A DNA stretch of 64,000 nt, taken from an uncultured delta proteobacterium. GTDB lineage: Bacteria > Desulfobacterota > Syntrophia > Syntrophales > UBA5619. The DNA is taken from contig CAWFOM010000016.1 of the NCBI GenBank assembly GCA_963817385.1, forward strand, positions 1 to 64,000, given 5' to 3'. Shown piece by piece: positions 61,339 to 64,000 of this stretch. Made by a program: the position numbers and the translations under genes. How positions within the stretch are numbered: position 1 is the first letter of the stretch; every line of letters begins with the position of its first letter. The notes beneath the pieces are model-generated. The model was not told where the DNA came from. It saw only the letters and a program-made list of their open reading frames with translations, and searched no databases.

Positions 61339-61519
61339 TTTATTTCCCTCCAGCATGTTCATACAGGATGGAACGTATCCGGCTGCTTCGAATATTTTGA
61401 ATTTTACTACCACACTTATCCTTTGAAATCCATTATAAAAGATAAATTTTCGGCCTACGTCTTTCATGAAGAACATCTTAGACACATTTAAGCCGGATGA
61501 CCCATTTACTAGATCCGCC

Positions 61520-61640
61520 GGTGCTCCTATCCAGACATAGGGTGTTTTTGCGGAATACGCCATTGCGCGCCAGTAGTATACCGGAGGGAATGCGGGGGCG
61601 CTCGCCGCAGTCTTGGTGAAGTCGGCGATGGCGGGTTTAG
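61520..61640 (-). pseudogene. single TPR remnant
   Basis: AIADFTKTAASAPAFPPVYYWRAMAY with no start or RBS context. Confidence 0.4.
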
Positions 61641-61783
61641 AGTTTATAGTGCCAGCCCAAAAAATAATTGCATTTCCACAGTTATGCTTTATAAGATGTA
61701 GTCGCTTTCTATGCATGCCGGGGCCTGCCGGCGCCTTTGTCGTATTCGCGGGTGCAGTGACGAATTCGAAGGAGGTCAGTGGT

Positions 61784-64000
61784 ATGGGTGATCTGCAGAA
61801 ACTCTTCAATCCGGCGACGATAGCCGTCATCGGCGCTACGGAGAAGGAGGGGACTTTCGGACGGGCCCTCCTGGAAAACGCCCTGAACTCAGGCGGTCGA
61901 ACGGTCTATCCCGTCAATCCGAACCGGGATACGGTCCTGGGGCACCCCTGCTGGTCCGATATCGCTACGGTACCCGGACCGATCGATCTGGCCCTCATCG
62001 CTACCCCCGCCGCAACCGTGCCGGGGATCGTCGACGCCTGCGGCAAAGCCGGTGTGGAAGGTCTCATCATCATCTCCGCCGGTTTTCGGGAGACGGGTCA
62101 GGAGGGGAAGCACCTGGAGGAGGAGATCATCCGGATCAACAAGGCCTACGGCATGCGGATCATCGGCCCCAACTGCCTGGGGATCATGCGACCTTCCGTG
62201 GAGCTCAACGCCACCTTCCTCCGGGATAATCCGGAAGAAGGTAACATCGCCTTCATCTCCGATATGGGGAACTTCGGCCGGACCCTGCTCGACTGGGGGT
62301 TCAGCGCCCACATCGGCTTCAGCACGGTCGTCTCCCTGGGTTCGGCCATCGACGTCGATTTCGGAGACGTCATCGATTTCCTCGCCGAGGACCCCCATAC
62401 GAAGAGCATCATTCTCTATATGGAGGAGGTCGTCGGCAATGTGAAGCTCTTCGTCAGCGCCGTCCGCGGCTTCGCCCGCAACAAGCCCGTCATCCTCCTC
62501 AAACCCCCGGAAATGGAGGATGGCGACCGCACCGGCCTCACCCACTCGGGCATGATGGCCGGGCCGGAAAAAGTCTACGATGCGGTATTTCGCCGCCTGG
62601 GCGTCGTCCGGGTCGGCGAGGCGCAGGATCTCTTCAACGCCGCCAGCGCCCTGTACGCCAAGAACCGCCCCCGGGGACCGCGGCTGGCCATCATGACAAA
62701 CGCCAACGGCATCGGAATCATGGCCGCAAAACAACTGCTGCGCTGCAAGGGCACGCTGGCGAACCTCTCCGACCAGACCATCCAGGCGATGGATGCCTTC
62801 CTCCCTCCCCATTGGAACCGCGGAAACCCCGTCCACCTCCTCCGCAATGCCGATACCGACCGGTACGCGCAGACGGCGGAGATCTGCCTGAAGGATCCCG
62901 GGGTGGACGGGCTTCTGGTCATATACACCCCCCAGGACTTCGCCCGCTCCGAAGAGCTGGCGGCGGCCCTCATCGCGGCGGCGGCAAAGACGGACAAACC
63001 CCTGTTGACGGCCTGGATGGGGGGACGGGAGGTCCAGAAGGGGCGCGAGATGATGGTGGAGAAGGGAATTCCCGCCTATGAAACGGCGGAGGCCGCCGTC
63101 CGCACCTACATCTATATGATCCAATACGAACGGAACCTCCAACTCCTCCATGAGACGCCGGCGGAACTCCCCCTGGATGAAGCGCCGCCGAAGAACCACC
63201 TCAAGACCCTCGTCCGGCGCTCCTGTCGGGACGCCTGCTTCATCCTCACGGAGGAGGACTCCTGGAAGTTCCTCCGGAACTACGGCATCCCCGTCATCCC
63301 TTCCCGGACCGCCTTCACGCTGGAGGAGGCCCTCAACTACGCCGGCAATACCGGCTATCCCGTGGTCCTCAAGGCATCCTCCCCCGATATCATCTTCCGC
63401 CAGGACGTGGGAGGCGTCATCACGGGGATCGATTCCGACGAGACCCTGAAGGTCGCCTACCAGCGAATTCTCGACGGAGTCCGCCAGTTCGCGCCGCAGG
63501 CAACGGTCCGGGGCGTGACCGTTCAGAAAATGATCGGACACATCGACTACGAGCTTATCCTGGGGCTGAAAAAGGACCGCCACTTTGGCGCCGCCATCCT
63601 GTTCGGCATGGGGGGACTCGGGGTGGAGCTGTTCAGGGATTTTTCCGTCGGCCTGCCGCCCCTGAATCAGGCCTTGGCGCGGCAGCTCATGGAGGAGACG
63701 GGCGTCTACCGGATGCTCCAGGGCTATCGGGGGAAACCCCCCGCCGACATGCGCCAGCTCGAGAAGATCCTGGTGGGTTTTTCCAACATGATCATCGATT
63801 TCCCCGAGATCCGGGAGATGGACATCAACCCCATCGCCGTCAGCCAGGGAAAGGCCATCGCCCTGGACGCCCGGATCATCCTCGCGCAGGAGTGCTCCAT
63901 CGGAAAGATCTCCGCCTACCCGCACCTGGTCATCACCCCCTATCCCACCCGCTATGTGACGCCCTGGCGCCTGTCCGACGGAACCGAGGTCATCCTCCGG
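61784..64000 (+). CDS. acetate--CoA ligase (ADP-forming) family / GNAT fusion (Pat-like); runs off the window end
   Basis: Manual translation: LFNPATIAVIGAT, IISAGFRE, IIGPNCLG, GNPV, ILFGMGG, MDINP, ALDARI, then PYPTRY..WRLSDGTEVILR (typical GNAT start); RBS GGAGG. Confidence 0.9.
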   Translation, partial: MGDLQKLFNPATIAVIGATEKEGTFGRALLENALNSGGRTVYPVNPNRDTVLGHPCWSDIATVPGPIDLALIATPAATVPGIVDACGKAGVEGLIIISAGFRETGQEGKHLEEEIIRINKAYGMRIIGPNCLGIMRPSVELNATFLRDNPEEGNIAFISDMGNFGRTLLDWGFSAHIGFSTVVSLGSAIDVDFGDVIDFLAEDPHTKSIILYMEEVVGNVKLFVSAVRGFARNKPVILLKPPEMEDGDRTGLTHSGMMAGPEKVYDAVFRRLGVVRVGEAQDLFNAASALYAKNRPRGPRLAIMTNANGIGIMAAKQLLRCKGTLANLSDQTIQAMDAFLPPHWNRGNPVHLLRNADTDRYAQTAEICLKDPGVDGLLVIYTPQDFARSEELAAALIAAAAKTDKPLLTAWMGGREVQKGREMMVEKGIPAYETAEAAVRTYIYMIQYERNLQLLHETPAELPLDEAPPKNHLKTLVRRSCRDACFILTEEDSWKFLRNYGIPVIPSRTAFTLEEALNYAGNTGYPVVLKASSPDIIFRQDVGGVITGIDSDETLKVAYQRILDGVRQFAPQATVRGVTVQKMIGHIDYELILGLKKDRHFGAAILFGMGGLGVELFRDFSVGLPPLNQALARQLMEETGVYRMLQGYRGKPPADMRQLEKILVGFSNMIIDFPEIREMDINPIAVSQGKAIALDARIILAQECSIGKISAYPHLVITPYPTRYVTPWRLSDGTEVILR

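Noticed and set aside
60420..61700. Integron cassette array
   Set aside because: No convincing attC (RYYYAAC...GTTRRRY) sites and no integrase
61033..61830. 265-aa ORF as one gene
   Set aside because: It overlaps the start of the opposite-strand ligase gene; the supported start is 61338, with RBS and signal peptide

Overview
The window is a GC-rich chromosomal segment from an anaerobe; gene content suggests a Syntrophales-like deltaproteobacterium (inference). The backbone carries: a sigma-28 chemotaxis unit (cheW plus 2 MCPs); a B12 acyl-CoA mutase operon with isobutyryl-CoA-mutase-type residues (large and small subunits, meaB, cobO); a GntR / M29-fold / TIM-barrel module; porCDAB co-transcribed with a NuoE/F/G-like module that has no hydrogenase or formate dehydrogenase catalytic domain; tRNA-Ser, SRP RNA, dnaX-ybaB-recR; mmsA; a glycine-cleavage operon headed by a GcvT-SHMT fusion; lpdA; a B12-type radical SAM gene; a DEAD-box helicase with a long structured leader; a DUF39/NIL-ferredoxin/UPF0280 homocysteine operon; AOR; and a partial acyl-CoA synthetase/GNAT gene. 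Lower-GC accessory patches sit in this backbone. The most interesting is a glycyl radical enzyme with non-canonical active-site motifs (GCVQP), its activase and a MarR regulator with three operator boxes. Next is an HTH - ExeA-like ATPase - TPR operon whose proteins carry 28-aa-period repeats. There is also a defence-island relic and several gene remnants. A family of long intercistronic hairpin repeats occurs four times. About ten single-base frameshifts in conserved genes look like sequencing or assembly errors. All calls come from visual motif recognition; no searches were run.
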